Source of the DNA: a virus
Taxonomy: Duplodnaviria > Heunggongvirae > Uroviricota > Caudoviricetes
IMG/VR virus record: IMGVR_UViG_3300032330_001609
Span: 69,975-133,974 of that record
DNA length: 64,000 bases
Reading direction: 5' to 3' (one strand)
Each line of letters begins with the position of its first letter. The stretch's first letter is position 1. The position numbers and the translations under genes were made by a program. Positions 38,968-47,246 of the stretch are shown piece by piece. The notes beneath the pieces were generated by a model. It did no database searches and was not told the DNA's origin. It was given only the letters and a program-made list of their open reading frames with translations.

Positions 38968-38974
38968 TATTTAT
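38968..38974 (+). promoter_or_regulatory. TATTTAT motif, 4 nt before ATG 38979
   Basis: Defines the preferred start of the small plus-strand ORF. Confidence 0.45.
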
Positions 38975-38978
38975 AGAT

Positions 38979-39161
38979 ATGAAACTTATTAATACAATAT
39001 CAAATGTTGTTACCGAAGCAAAAGAGGCTTATGAATTGGCGTGTGACAAAGGTGTTCCTGAGAAGGAACTTGATAGACTTGAAAAAAATTACTACGAATC
39101 CTTAAAACTTCTAAGGATATATGAGAATTTGGGTAAAAAACCTAAAGACGAAACACCCTAA
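38979..39161 (+). CDS. Small hypothetical protein, 60 aa
   Basis: MKLINTISNVVTEAKE...; in frame with the track ORF at 38952; lone plus-strand gene in a minus-strand array. Confidence 0.65.
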   Translation: MKLINTISNVVTEAKEAYELACDKGVPEKELDRLEKNYYESLKLLRIYENLGKKPKDETP

Positions 39162-39187
39162 AAAGAAGAGTCACCCCTTGGGGTGAC
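39161..39187 (-). terminator. Probable minus-strand terminator
   Basis: GTCACCC-CAAG-GGGTGAC followed by TCTTCTTTTT on the minus strand. Confidence 0.6.
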
Positions 39188-39262
39188 GCACTAAAGACCA
39201 ATTACTCCTGAGAGAAAAACACTTGAAAAGCACTACTCCGTAGAGTAGAGCACTAATTTATT

Positions 39263-40234
39263 TTAAGATTTGTTTATAAAACTAAATCTGATTAAAGTAT
39301 TATTTGTTGATGCGGTAAATTTAGGATTAACGGTACAATTACCTTGAGTTGATGTTTTCAAAAATGGGAAATATCTATTACTAACCTTTATAGTTTTACT
39401 TAATGGACCTTCAATAAATTTACCTTTCCCATTATTAGAATATGGGTCAAACATTAAATATCTAAATGCAACATATAATGATGTTAAATTACCTGTATAA
39501 CATAAACGATATGGTACTCCTAATACTCCTGATTTATATTTTTGTTTAGAGTTTTTTGAACTATTTGTAAACGGTATTGGTATATTAGGTACTAATACGT
39601 TAGTCGCTCCATTCCAATACGCAAGTGACGAGTATCCAAATCTACCTTTAAAATAGTCATCAAGTTGTACGACTTGATTTACCCCCGATACTTGATAATG
39701 ATTCATTCTTGGGACTATCAAAGGTATTGTTGACCCAGGAGCATCTTTATATGTTTGAATACCACCTCTATTATTTATAGTTTTACCGTAATAATTCATT
39801 ATTCTTGTTTGTAATTCATTGGTTATATTACCAAAACCATCATCTTCCATCCTTGGTTGAACAATATATCCACCACCTTTAGAATTATTAAGTTTACCAC
39901 CTTTCATTTTATATTGGACCATTTCAATAAATACCCCGTGGTCAAGTTGTTCTTGGGATAAATCTTGTACAATAATTTTTGGGGGATTAATTAATTTTAC
40001 ATTACTTCCAACGGTATTATTAAAATTTAGAGTTACTACTTCAGAACCACTACCTGAAAAAATGGTTTGTAGTTTAACTAATGGTACCGGTAAATTATAT
40101 AATTCAAGTATTTGACCTATCGGTGCTTTATATGAAGAACCTTCAGGGCTATCAGTTGTATCTCCTGTTATTACAATGTGTATTAAATCTTGTTTGGTTA
40201 CACCGGTTGCAAAAGTTCTATCCGTTAATCTCAT
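39263..40234 (-). CDS. Hypothetical fibre-region protein, 323 aa
   Basis: Long ORF with TATTTAT upstream; no recognised family. Confidence 0.65.
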   Translation of the reverse strand: MRLTDRTFATGVTKQDLIHIVITGDTTDSPEGSSYKAPIGQILELYNLPVPLVKLQTIFSGSGSEVVTLNFNNTVGSNVKLINPPKIIVQDLSQEQLDHGVFIEMVQYKMKGGKLNNSKGGGYIVQPRMEDDGFGNITNELQTRIMNYYGKTINNRGGIQTYKDAPGSTIPLIVPRMNHYQVSGVNQVVQLDDYFKGRFGYSSLAYWNGATNVLVPNIPIPFTNSSKNSKQKYKSGVLGVPYRLCYTGNLTSLYVAFRYLMFDPYSNNGKGKFIEGPLSKTIKVSNRYFPFLKTSTQGNCTVNPKFTASTNNTLIRFSFINKS

Positions 40235-40248
40235 TTTATCTTTTTAAT

Positions 40249-40255
40249 ATAAATA
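40249..40255 (-). promoter_or_regulatory. TATTTAT motif
   Basis: Upstream of minus-strand ATG 40234. Confidence 0.5.
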
Positions 40256-40257
40256 CT

Positions 40258-40560
40258 TTAATCTTGGAAATCGTATACGATTAAATCCATAAACTCAAAC
40301 ATCATTAAATCTTGGAATTGTTTTGGACCTAATAAATTACAATCAATTATTTGAGTTTTAACGCAACCATCTAATGTTGAGACTTTAATCATTACTGCCG
40401 GAGATGAACTAAATAACGGTGGTAAATATAATGTGACAGCTGGCGGCACAGTTGTAAACACTTGTGATAACAAAATACAATTACTCCCATAAACATCACA
40501 TACTTCAATAAAGTAAGGGTTATTTAATCCGGTTATTGATAAAATTTCAATGGCAGTCAT
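40258..40560 (-). CDS. Small Cys-containing beta protein, paralog of 42147..42362
   Basis: Shared pattern I.I..I.G..P..I..CD.....C.....T.P.....P...KV....GC. Confidence 0.7.
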   Translation of the reverse strand: MTAIEILSITGLNNPYFIEVCDVYGSNCILLSQVFTTVPPAVTLYLPPLFSSSPAVMIKVSTLDGCVKTQIIDCNLLGPKQFQDLMMFEFMDLIVYDFQD

Positions 40561-40569
40561 ATTTTTTGG

Positions 40570-42144
40570 TTAATTTTTAATTAATCTCACTGATATTCCG
40601 TTAGTTAAGGAAACCCATTCTTTTACAATATTATTATCAAAACTACTTAATCTATAACTCCAACGATTACCGATTGCGGAATCTGGAGCTATTGAAGTTG
40701 TTGCAAAACGAGCCTCAACATTAATACCTACGAAATATCCTGAGGTTGCTACTTCTCCTCCGGGTAAAGCGGTGAATCCTACAGTGTCAGTTCCTCCGAC
40801 AGTCCAATGACAATTACCGATTTCTTTTAACTTACCACCGATTAATGGTTGATAATAAGAACCCGGACCAAATAATGGTAACCAACTTCCACCCCCTAAA
40901 TATGCTGTTAATGTTGTCCACTCCGCATCTGTTGGTATATGATATCCTGTAGGTGCGATACCACCGTTAGCGGTTGATATAACCGCGTAAACATTATATA
41001 GTTTACCATAAGCGGCCTCATTTGATGGGTCAAAATTGTAATAACACCAAGCAGGTGTAAACGTATTTGCCCAAGTGGCTGCATCAGTTATTTGAGGGAT
41101 TGGTGTTCCATTTCTAAAAGTAGTCACATTCAAGTTACAACCGGCCCACGTTTGCGTTCCGATAACAACATCGTGAGTAATACAGTTTGTACAACCTACA
41201 GAAGTTTTTGTTGGTGTTATACTTGGAGTGTTTGTTATTGTTTGTGTTATAGTTATTGTTGGTGTTATAGATGGTGTTAGTGTTATTGTTGGCGTAATAG
41301 TTGGAGTTGGAGTTGGGGTTGGTGTATTACTTATGTCACATAGATTACATTCACCTTTATTTGCAAAACCATAAGAGTCTGATAATAACACAATATGGTC
41401 AGTTCCTGATATTTGATTATTAAATCCAATATAATGTATACACATATTTTCACCATTCACTGTGGCGTAAAAAACCATAAATTGGGTAATAGTACCACCC
41501 GATGGAGTTTCAAGAGTATCAAATGTATAAAATTTCCGACCTGAACCAAAACACTCTTGGAATTCATAACTAAATGGACAAACAATATCGTCATTTATCA
41601 TATCAAAAGTAACTGCTCCCGAAAAAGTACAATCTCTTTCAACCATAATTGAAGGTGTTGGTGTCATAGTCGGTGTTGGAGTTGGACTTGCGGCTAATGT
41701 AAAAATTTCGGCATCAATAAATGATACAGGACAAATATTAGTTGATGTTGGAGTTACCGTTACCGTTGGCGTAACTGTACTTGTTGGAGTTACTGAAGGT
41801 GTTGGTGGTAAATCACAATCAAACAAGGCTTGAAAATCTAATGACGAACAATTATTTGTTGGTGTTGGAGTTGGTGTTGGACAACTACCGGTTGTAAATA
41901 ATTCATCACATAAATCAGGACACGTTGTTGAACAAGGTGATTTACCTGATAGATAACAAGTACCACCTAATGAATCAGACAAACACCATTGTGTGTCACC
42001 TGATGAGTAATAAATGAATAACCCGTTAGTTTGACCGGTGTAATATTGTACACCATTATAATTTGTTAAAGTATCTTCATAACTATCGTTATATAAAGGT
42101 ACTCCGGTATTACTAATACAATATATAGTTGATGGACACGGCAT
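40570..42144 (-). CDS. Tail fibre with Cys modules, PT linkers and C-terminal Fib_succ_major domain
   Basis: IGTQTWAGCNLNV...AWCYY...YGKLYN...GYHIPTDAEW...GISVRLIK; four Pro-Thr tracts. Confidence 0.8.
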   Translation of the reverse strand: MPCPSTIYCISNTGVPLYNDSYEDTLTNYNGVQYYTGQTNGLFIYYSSGDTQWCLSDSLGGTCYLSGKSPCSTTCPDLCDELFTTGSCPTPTPTPTNNCSSLDFQALFDCDLPPTPSVTPTSTVTPTVTVTPTSTNICPVSFIDAEIFTLAASPTPTPTMTPTPSIMVERDCTFSGAVTFDMINDDIVCPFSYEFQECFGSGRKFYTFDTLETPSGGTITQFMVFYATVNGENMCIHYIGFNNQISGTDHIVLLSDSYGFANKGECNLCDISNTPTPTPTPTITPTITLTPSITPTITITQTITNTPSITPTKTSVGCTNCITHDVVIGTQTWAGCNLNVTTFRNGTPIPQITDAATWANTFTPAWCYYNFDPSNEAAYGKLYNVYAVISTANGGIAPTGYHIPTDAEWTTLTAYLGGGSWLPLFGPGSYYQPLIGGKLKEIGNCHWTVGGTDTVGFTALPGGEVATSGYFVGINVEARFATTSIAPDSAIGNRWSYRLSSFDNNIVKEWVSLTNGISVRLIKN

Positions 42145-42146
42145 AA

Positions 42147-42362
42147 TTACGTTGTTAAAATTTTGAATGATTCACATCCATTATTATCAATAACCTTTAA
42201 GGTATAATCATTTTGACCTTCCATAATAACCGGAATTTGAAACTCATACGGAAAAGTTGTAATAGTATCAATATAAACACAAGTTGTGATTGGATTATCA
42301 CAAAGATAGATGTTAAAAGGTGGTTGACCGGCAATTAAGTTAATGTTAATGAATGTTGACAT
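42147..42362 (-). CDS. Small Cys-containing beta protein, paralog of 40258..40560
   Basis: MSTFININLIAGQPPFNIYLCDNPITTCVYID...LKVIDNNGC. Confidence 0.7.
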   Translation of the reverse strand: MSTFININLIAGQPPFNIYLCDNPITTCVYIDTITTFPYEFQIPVIMEGQNDYTLKVIDNNGCESFKILTT

Positions 42363-42380
42363 TTGATATAAGTTATTCCA

Positions 42381-42387
42381 ATAAATA
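42381..42387 (-). promoter_or_regulatory. TATTTAT motif heading the minus-strand fibre array
   Basis: Upstream of minus-strand ATG 42362. Confidence 0.5.
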
Positions 42388-42413
42388 TAGTTCCGAAGAA
42401 AAACTAATAAAGT

Positions 42414-42444
42414 TTTGATAATAATAATTTTATTCTTATATTTG
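42414..42444 (+). promoter_or_regulatory. Bacteroidota-type housekeeping promoter
   Basis: TTTG-N19-TATATTTG, exact -33/-7 consensus, 5 nt before the primase ATG. Confidence 0.75.
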
Positions 42445-42449
42445 CATTT

Positions 42450-43349
42450 ATGTCGGACGATGCAGAAATTTTATTAGAAATACTACACGAAATACTTGGT
42501 GATGAAAAACTTCACTATCAATCAAAAGGTCAAATATCTTTTGATTGTCCGATATGCGATGAAGATAAACATAAAGGAAACTTAGAGGTCAACTACTTTG
42601 AACACGTTTACAAGTGTTGGAGTTGTGGTGATGAGAATAATACTAAAGGGCCGCTTGGAAAGTTAATTGATGTTTGGGGAAATAAGAAACAACGAAAAAT
42701 CTACAACTTACTACAACCCGAAGAACACAAACCAAAAGAGAAACGAAAAGATAGGTTAAAACTACCTGAGGGATTTACACTTTTCAAGGACAGTAGTTTA
42801 GTTTACCCGGTTCGTCGTCAAGCTTACAACTACTTAAAACAACGTGGAATCACCGATGATATTATTGAAAAATATGGAATTGGATTCTGTGACCAAGGTA
42901 AATTTACCGGTAGAATTATTGTCCCATCTTATGATAGTGAGGGTGAACTAACTTATTTTATTGCAAGGAGTTGGGACCCCAACACAAGGTCAAAATATAA
43001 AAACCCTGAAGCCGAGAAAGATATAATCATCTTCAATGAGAGTTTAATTGATTGGGACAAAGACATCTTCTTATGTGAAGGGGTATTTGATAGTTTCTTC
43101 CTACCTAATAGTATTGCTATGTTGGGGAAACATATGTCTGAAATATTATTAAACTCTTTATATGAAAAGGCGAAGGGTAACATTATTATTGCTTTAGACG
43201 GGGATGCGTTTGGTAACGCTCTTAAATTATATGAAGAATTAAATGGGGGTACCCTATACGGAAAAATAAAGGTATTAAAATTACCACAAGATAAAGATGT
43301 CTGTGATTTGAAAGGACAGATTGATGAATATTATATAGATATGAGATGA
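42450..43349 (+). CDS. DNA primase (zinc-binding domain + TOPRIM)
   Basis: FDCPICD...YKCWSCG; YLKQRGI; GRIIVP; KYKNP; LCEGVFDS; ALDGDA. Confidence 0.88.
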   Translation: MSDDAEILLEILHEILGDEKLHYQSKGQISFDCPICDEDKHKGNLEVNYFEHVYKCWSCGDENNTKGPLGKLIDVWGNKKQRKIYNLLQPEEHKPKEKRKDRLKLPEGFTLFKDSSLVYPVRRQAYNYLKQRGITDDIIEKYGIGFCDQGKFTGRIIVPSYDSEGELTYFIARSWDPNTRSKYKNPEAEKDIIIFNESLIDWDKDIFLCEGVFDSFFLPNSIAMLGKHMSEILLNSLYEKAKGNIIIALDGDAFGNALKLYEELNGGTLYGKIKVLKLPQDKDVCDLKGQIDEYYIDMR

Positions 43350-44209
43350 TAGAATTAAATGAAGTTGCAAAAGAAATTAGAGATTTATTAGAAAAACGAA
43401 GACAAGACCTTGAACTTACATTCGTTGAGGACACCCACACCTATTATATGAAAGATATAAATGGTGAGACGAAAAGTGACTTTCCATCGGTAAGTAAGGT
43501 GATTAAGTATTTCTATGAAGAATTTGATAGTGAGGGGATTTCACTTAAAAAAGCCAAAGGTGACCCGGAAGTCCAACAACAACTATTAGACGAGTGGAAG
43601 GCTGCCGGTGATTACGCAACCAATATGGGTAGTAGAGTCCATTATTTATTGGAGAAAAAAGTTATTGATATGTTTGGGGGTTACAAAGATGTGAGACAAC
43701 CAATCTTTGAATGTGACTTTACCCAAGTATTAAAGGGGGATTCTATGGTGTCAGCCGGAACCGCATACCTTAACCTTATGGTTGAGAGAGGTGCTGTATT
43801 ATTAGATACGGAAATTGTGTTGGGTGACCCGGAGTTGGGTTATACGGGACAACCGGATAAGGTGTGGTTGATAATGAATAAAGAACAAACTGAATTTGGG
43901 TTGGTTATAACCGATTGGAAGTCAAATAAACCAAAGAACTTTGAGGAGAATCATTTTACAACAAGAATGAAACCACCTTTCCACAAACATCCGAATAACG
44001 CTTTGGGTCACTACTTCACCCAATTACCATTTTATGGGAAACTTCTTCTTAAAATGTTACAAGGAACCAAATATGAAAATATGAAATTATTTGGATGTAT
44101 TATTGTTTTGGTAAAAGAAACGGGGGAATATGAAGAGTTCAGAGTTCCAAAGGATGTAATTACAACCATACTAGAGATGGATATGAAAAAATATTTGACA
44201 AAGAAATAA
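43346..44209 (+). CDS. PD-(D/E)XK exonuclease
   Basis: PSVSKVI, GSRVH, YTGQPDKV, ITDWKS, QLPFY motifs. Confidence 0.8.
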   Translation: MIELNEVAKEIRDLLEKRRQDLELTFVEDTHTYYMKDINGETKSDFPSVSKVIKYFYEEFDSEGISLKKAKGDPEVQQQLLDEWKAAGDYATNMGSRVHYLLEKKVIDMFGGYKDVRQPIFECDFTQVLKGDSMVSAGTAYLNLMVERGAVLLDTEIVLGDPELGYTGQPDKVWLIMNKEQTEFGLVITDWKSNKPKNFEENHFTTRMKPPFHKHPNNALGHYFTQLPFYGKLLLKMLQGTKYENMKLFGCIIVLVKETGEYEEFRVPKDVITTILEMDMKKYLTKK

Positions 44210-44223
44210 AAAATAATTAAACT
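44195..44223 (+). promoter_or_regulatory. Candidate host-type promoter
   Basis: TTGACA-N17-TAAACT before ATG 44238. Confidence 0.5.
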
Positions 44224-44237
44224 TAAAAGAAAAACGT

Positions 44238-44453
44238 ATGGACGATTTATTAAAACCAAAAATTGACTTAAAACAACAACCAACACTTGAATGTGAAAAA
44301 TGTAAATCACAATTCTTCCAAGAGGTTGTTATGATTAAAACTGTTAACAAATTATTAACCGGTAGTTCCGAAGACACTATTGTTCCGTTCCCAACTTACA
44401 GATGTGCGGATTGTGGACACGTAAACGAGGAATTCAAATTATTTGACAAGTAA
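44238..44453 (+). CDS. Small zinc-ribbon protein
   Basis: CEKC and CADC pairs in 71 aa. Confidence 0.75.
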   Translation: MDDLLKPKIDLKQQPTLECEKCKSQFFQEVVMIKTVNKLLTGSSEDTIVPFPTYRCADCGHVNEEFKLFDK

Positions 44454-44454
44454 G

Positions 44455-45240
44455 ATGATTAAAAAATTAGTTCACTTTAGTGACTTACATATACGATTAT
44501 TCAAAGACCACGATTTATACCGTGGAATATTGAATAATATGTTGGAACAATTCAGAGAGATTGCTCCGGACAGGATTGTATTCACAGGAGACTTAGTTCA
44601 TTCCAAAAATCAAATGACTCCGGAACTTATTGAGTTCGTTGCTTGGATTCTTACGGAATGTTCTCAGATTGCCAAAACCATAGTTATAATTGGAAACCAC
44701 GACTTCTTGGAAAGTAACTCTTCAAGGTTGGACGCTCTTACACCCGTAATAGATTCATTAAAGAATGATAAAATCGTTTATTTGAAGAACAGAGGTGAAT
44801 ACGAGGACGATAATGTTGATTGGGTGGTGTATTCATTACTTGACCATAACATTCCGCCTGAGATTGAAAAAACGGGTAGATTGAAGATTGGTTTATTCCA
44901 CGGACCGGTTCAAGGATTAACAACCGACATCGGATATAAGTTTGAGACAGGTTTTGAAACTAATAAGTTTGACGGATGTGATTTGGTATTATGTGGTGAT
45001 ATTCACAAAAGACAAATCTTCAACATCCCGGGTGGTAAGAAAGCCTATATGGTGGGTTCAACAATTCAACAGAATTATGGTGAGACAATAACCAAACACG
45101 GATTTGGTATCTATAATCTTGAGACAGATGAATATTCATTTGTTGATTTGGATAATCCAAAACCTTTCTTATCATTTAAGATGAAATCATTTGATGATAT
45201 TATAAATGGAACAGAAAAACTTGTTAATAGTGGGAAATAA
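44455..45240 (+). CDS. sbcD: Mre11/SbcD-like metallophosphoesterase nuclease (short, nuclease domain only)
   Basis: HFSDLH, TGDLVH, GNHD, FHG, GDIH motifs; ATG 44455 preferred over TTG 44443. Confidence 0.85.
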   Translation: MIKKLVHFSDLHIRLFKDHDLYRGILNNMLEQFREIAPDRIVFTGDLVHSKNQMTPELIEFVAWILTECSQIAKTIVIIGNHDFLESNSSRLDALTPVIDSLKNDKIVYLKNRGEYEDDNVDWVVYSLLDHNIPPEIEKTGRLKIGLFHGPVQGLTTDIGYKFETGFETNKFDGCDLVLCGDIHKRQIFNIPGGKKAYMVGSTIQQNYGETITKHGFGIYNLETDEYSFVDLDNPKPFLSFKMKSFDDIINGTEKLVNSGK

Positions 45241-45415
45241 TTTAATAGGTAGAACACTTAATTTAGATTTAGGTTCTTCATCACCGGTCAACGTGACCAT
45301 AAAAGAAATAACTGAAACCAAAGTGATTGTGGGGTATAACTATTCCACACCGGGAAGGACTGAAGAGTTTAGTATTGGTGATTTTGAATATATCAGTGGA
45401 TTAAAAATTAAATAG
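45206..45415 (+). CDS. Hypothetical protein, 69 aa
   Basis: Tiles the operon; overlaps sbcD by 35 nt. Confidence 0.6.
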   Translation: MEQKNLLIVGNNLIGRTLNLDLGSSSPVNVTIKEITETKVIVGYNYSTPGRTEEFSIGDFEYISGLKIK

Positions 45416-45417
45416 AA

Positions 45418-45675
45418 ATGGGAAATTTAAGACAATCAATGACTGATTCCGAATGGAATGAAATTGAGAATCAGATTAAAAGAGATAGATTATTGGGAAA
45501 ACCGGAACACAACCATATTGCGGTTTGGGTGGATAAATTGACTATTAAACAATTAAAAAAACTTAAAAAGAAGTTAAAGAAATGTGGTATTGATAGTCAC
45601 GATTGTTCCAAAGTTGACCAATGGATAACGTATAATGAAAACAAAGAACGTGTCACAAATAAAACTAACGACTAG
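45418..45675 (+). CDS. Hypothetical protein, 85 aa
   Basis: ATG in A-rich context, tiles the operon. Confidence 0.65.
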   Translation: MGNLRQSMTDSEWNEIENQIKRDRLLGKPEHNHIAVWVDKLTIKQLKKLKKKLKKCGIDSHDCSKVDQWITYNENKERVTNKTND

Positions 45676-46327
45676 TCAATTAAAGTCAGTTCAAGAATAT
45701 TGTAAGTTAAATAATATTGAGGATGTTGATAAGTTCATTACGAAATGTTATACCGAAGGGTTTAACATTAAGAAATATGGACTGCTTGGGGACGATAAGG
45801 AACCAAACGTAATTGAGAAGGAAGTTGTTAAAGAGATTGAGGTCATCAAAGAAATAATTAAAGAAGTTCCGGTTGAAGTAATAAAGGAAGTTGTTAAATA
45901 TATTGAGACGCCGGTTGAAATAATCAAAGAGATTGAAGTCGTCCAATATGTTGACAGAGAGGTCATTAAGGAGGTACCTGTTGAAATAATAAAAGAGAAG
46001 ATTGTAAATGTTATTCAAGAAGTACCTGTCCCAATTATAGATGAAATTGGGGACAAACCTGAACCTGTAATTATTGAGAAGATAGTTGAGGTTATCAAAG
46101 AAGTTGTGGTTGAAAAGATTGTTGAAGTAGAAAAGATAGTTGAGGTTGAGAAACCAAATGATAAAATGAAAATGTTACAAGACACTTTACAAACTTTAAG
46201 AAAAGAATTAAACTCAAAGACCGATGAGGTTAAACAGTTACAAGAAATAAATAAACAATTAGAATCAATTAAAGTAAGTCAGGGTGCTGTCTATTTGAAA
46301 GGTTCAAACATAAATGAAACAATGTAA
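45635..46327 (+). CDS. Val/Glu/Ile/Lys repeat protein (EVIKEV repeats) with C-terminal coiled coil
   Basis: EVIKEIIKEVPVEVIKEVVK...EKIVEVEKIVEVEK. Confidence 0.8.
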   Translation: MKTKNVSQIKLTTSQLKSVQEYCKLNNIEDVDKFITKCYTEGFNIKKYGLLGDDKEPNVIEKEVVKEIEVIKEIIKEVPVEVIKEVVKYIETPVEIIKEIEVVQYVDREVIKEVPVEIIKEKIVNVIQEVPVPIIDEIGDKPEPVIIEKIVEVIKEVVVEKIVEVEKIVEVEKPNDKMKMLQDTLQTLRKELNSKTDEVKQLQEINKQLESIKVSQGAVYLKGSNINETM

Positions 46328-46328
46328 T

Positions 46329-46607
46329 ATGGAAAATTATTATTTAGATGTTAGAGTTAGTGGTGGTAAGGAAGAAATACAAGAATTACTTGAATTACTA
46401 ACAAAAATACAAATTTTAGGTTCAGTTGGGTCTAACAGAACCATCCCGGTCACAGTAGATGGTGATGGTAGTGCTAGACTACGTTTTGAAACGACCTCAA
46501 CTGAAAATGACCAAATTGAGAAAATAAAAGAATTCCGTTCTATCCAAAAATTCATAAGTGAAGTTGAAGAAGGTGAGAACATAAGTACACATTATATAGG
46601 AGAATAA
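46329..46607 (+). CDS. Hypothetical protein, 92 aa
   Basis: ATG 46329 directly after the previous stop. Confidence 0.65.
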   Translation: MENYYLDVRVSGGKEEIQELLELLTKIQILGSVGSNRTIPVTVDGDGSARLRFETTSTENDQIEKIKEFRSIQKFISEVEEGENISTHYIGE

Positions 46608-46608
46608 G

Positions 46609-46953
46609 ATGATAATATTAATTTGGTTATTAGCGGCATATGGAATGTCAAACATATTGGTCTATGGGTCAATATTCGCAGGATTTAGAGATGGGATAAG
46701 AAATTGGGGTAACACGGTATTACCTTTCAACGGGTTAGCAAAATTCATAGGTGAATTACTATCTTGTATGATGTGTACTTCAACTTGGGTTGGTTTTTTC
46801 CTTGGAATTACTTATTATTCACCATCAGCATCTTTGATTGGAAATCCAACTTGGATTAGTTGGTTCTTTGATGGACTAATAGCTTCCGGATTTGTATGGG
46901 CATTCAATGGAATGGTTGAATGGTTTGAAGAAAATAGACCAACAAAAAATTAA
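46609..46953 (+). CDS. Small membrane protein, DUF1360-like
   Basis: Three hydrophobic segments; ELLSCMMCTSTWVG motif. Confidence 0.6.
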   Translation: MIILIWLLAAYGMSNILVYGSIFAGFRDGIRNWGNTVLPFNGLAKFIGELLSCMMCTSTWVGFFLGITYYSPSASLIGNPTWISWFFDGLIASGFVWAFNGMVEWFEENRPTKN

Positions 46954-46982
46954 AAAATAAATAACAATAAATAAAAACAATT

Positions 46983-47246
46983 ATGCCAAAGTCAAAATTA
47001 CGTGGTGGTGCAAAGGCACACAGAACAAGAGTTACACACAGAAACAATACTCTTAGAGGGTTAAGAAAGAAAGCTCAAGCTGAGTATCAAGAAATGTTTG
47101 AGAAACAAATGGAATTATTAAAAGCTCAATATCAATCTGAGGATGGTAATACCGTTGAATTAAATGCTGAATTAGTTGGTGACACTACAGAAATAAATGT
47201 TACCGATGCTGAGGTAGTAACTCCTGAAGTAACTGATGAGAACTAA
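46983..47246 (+). CDS. Hypothetical protein, basic N-terminus and acidic C-terminus
   Basis: MPKSKLRGGAKAHRTRVTHR...; A-rich start context. Confidence 0.7.
   Translation: MPKSKLRGGAKAHRTRVTHRNNTLRGLRKKAQAEYQEMFEKQMELLKAQYQSEDGNTVELNAELVGDTTEINVTDAEVVTPEVTDEN

Noticed and set aside
30404-41175. Diversity-generating retroelement acting on the FISUMP tips
   Set aside because: No reverse transcriptase and no near-identical template repeat differing at adenines seen in this window; cannot be excluded elsewhere in the genome
43346-44209. Cas4 or CRISPR-associated nuclease
   Set aside because: Only two Cys, so the four-Cys Fe-S cage is absent; no cas genes or array nearby
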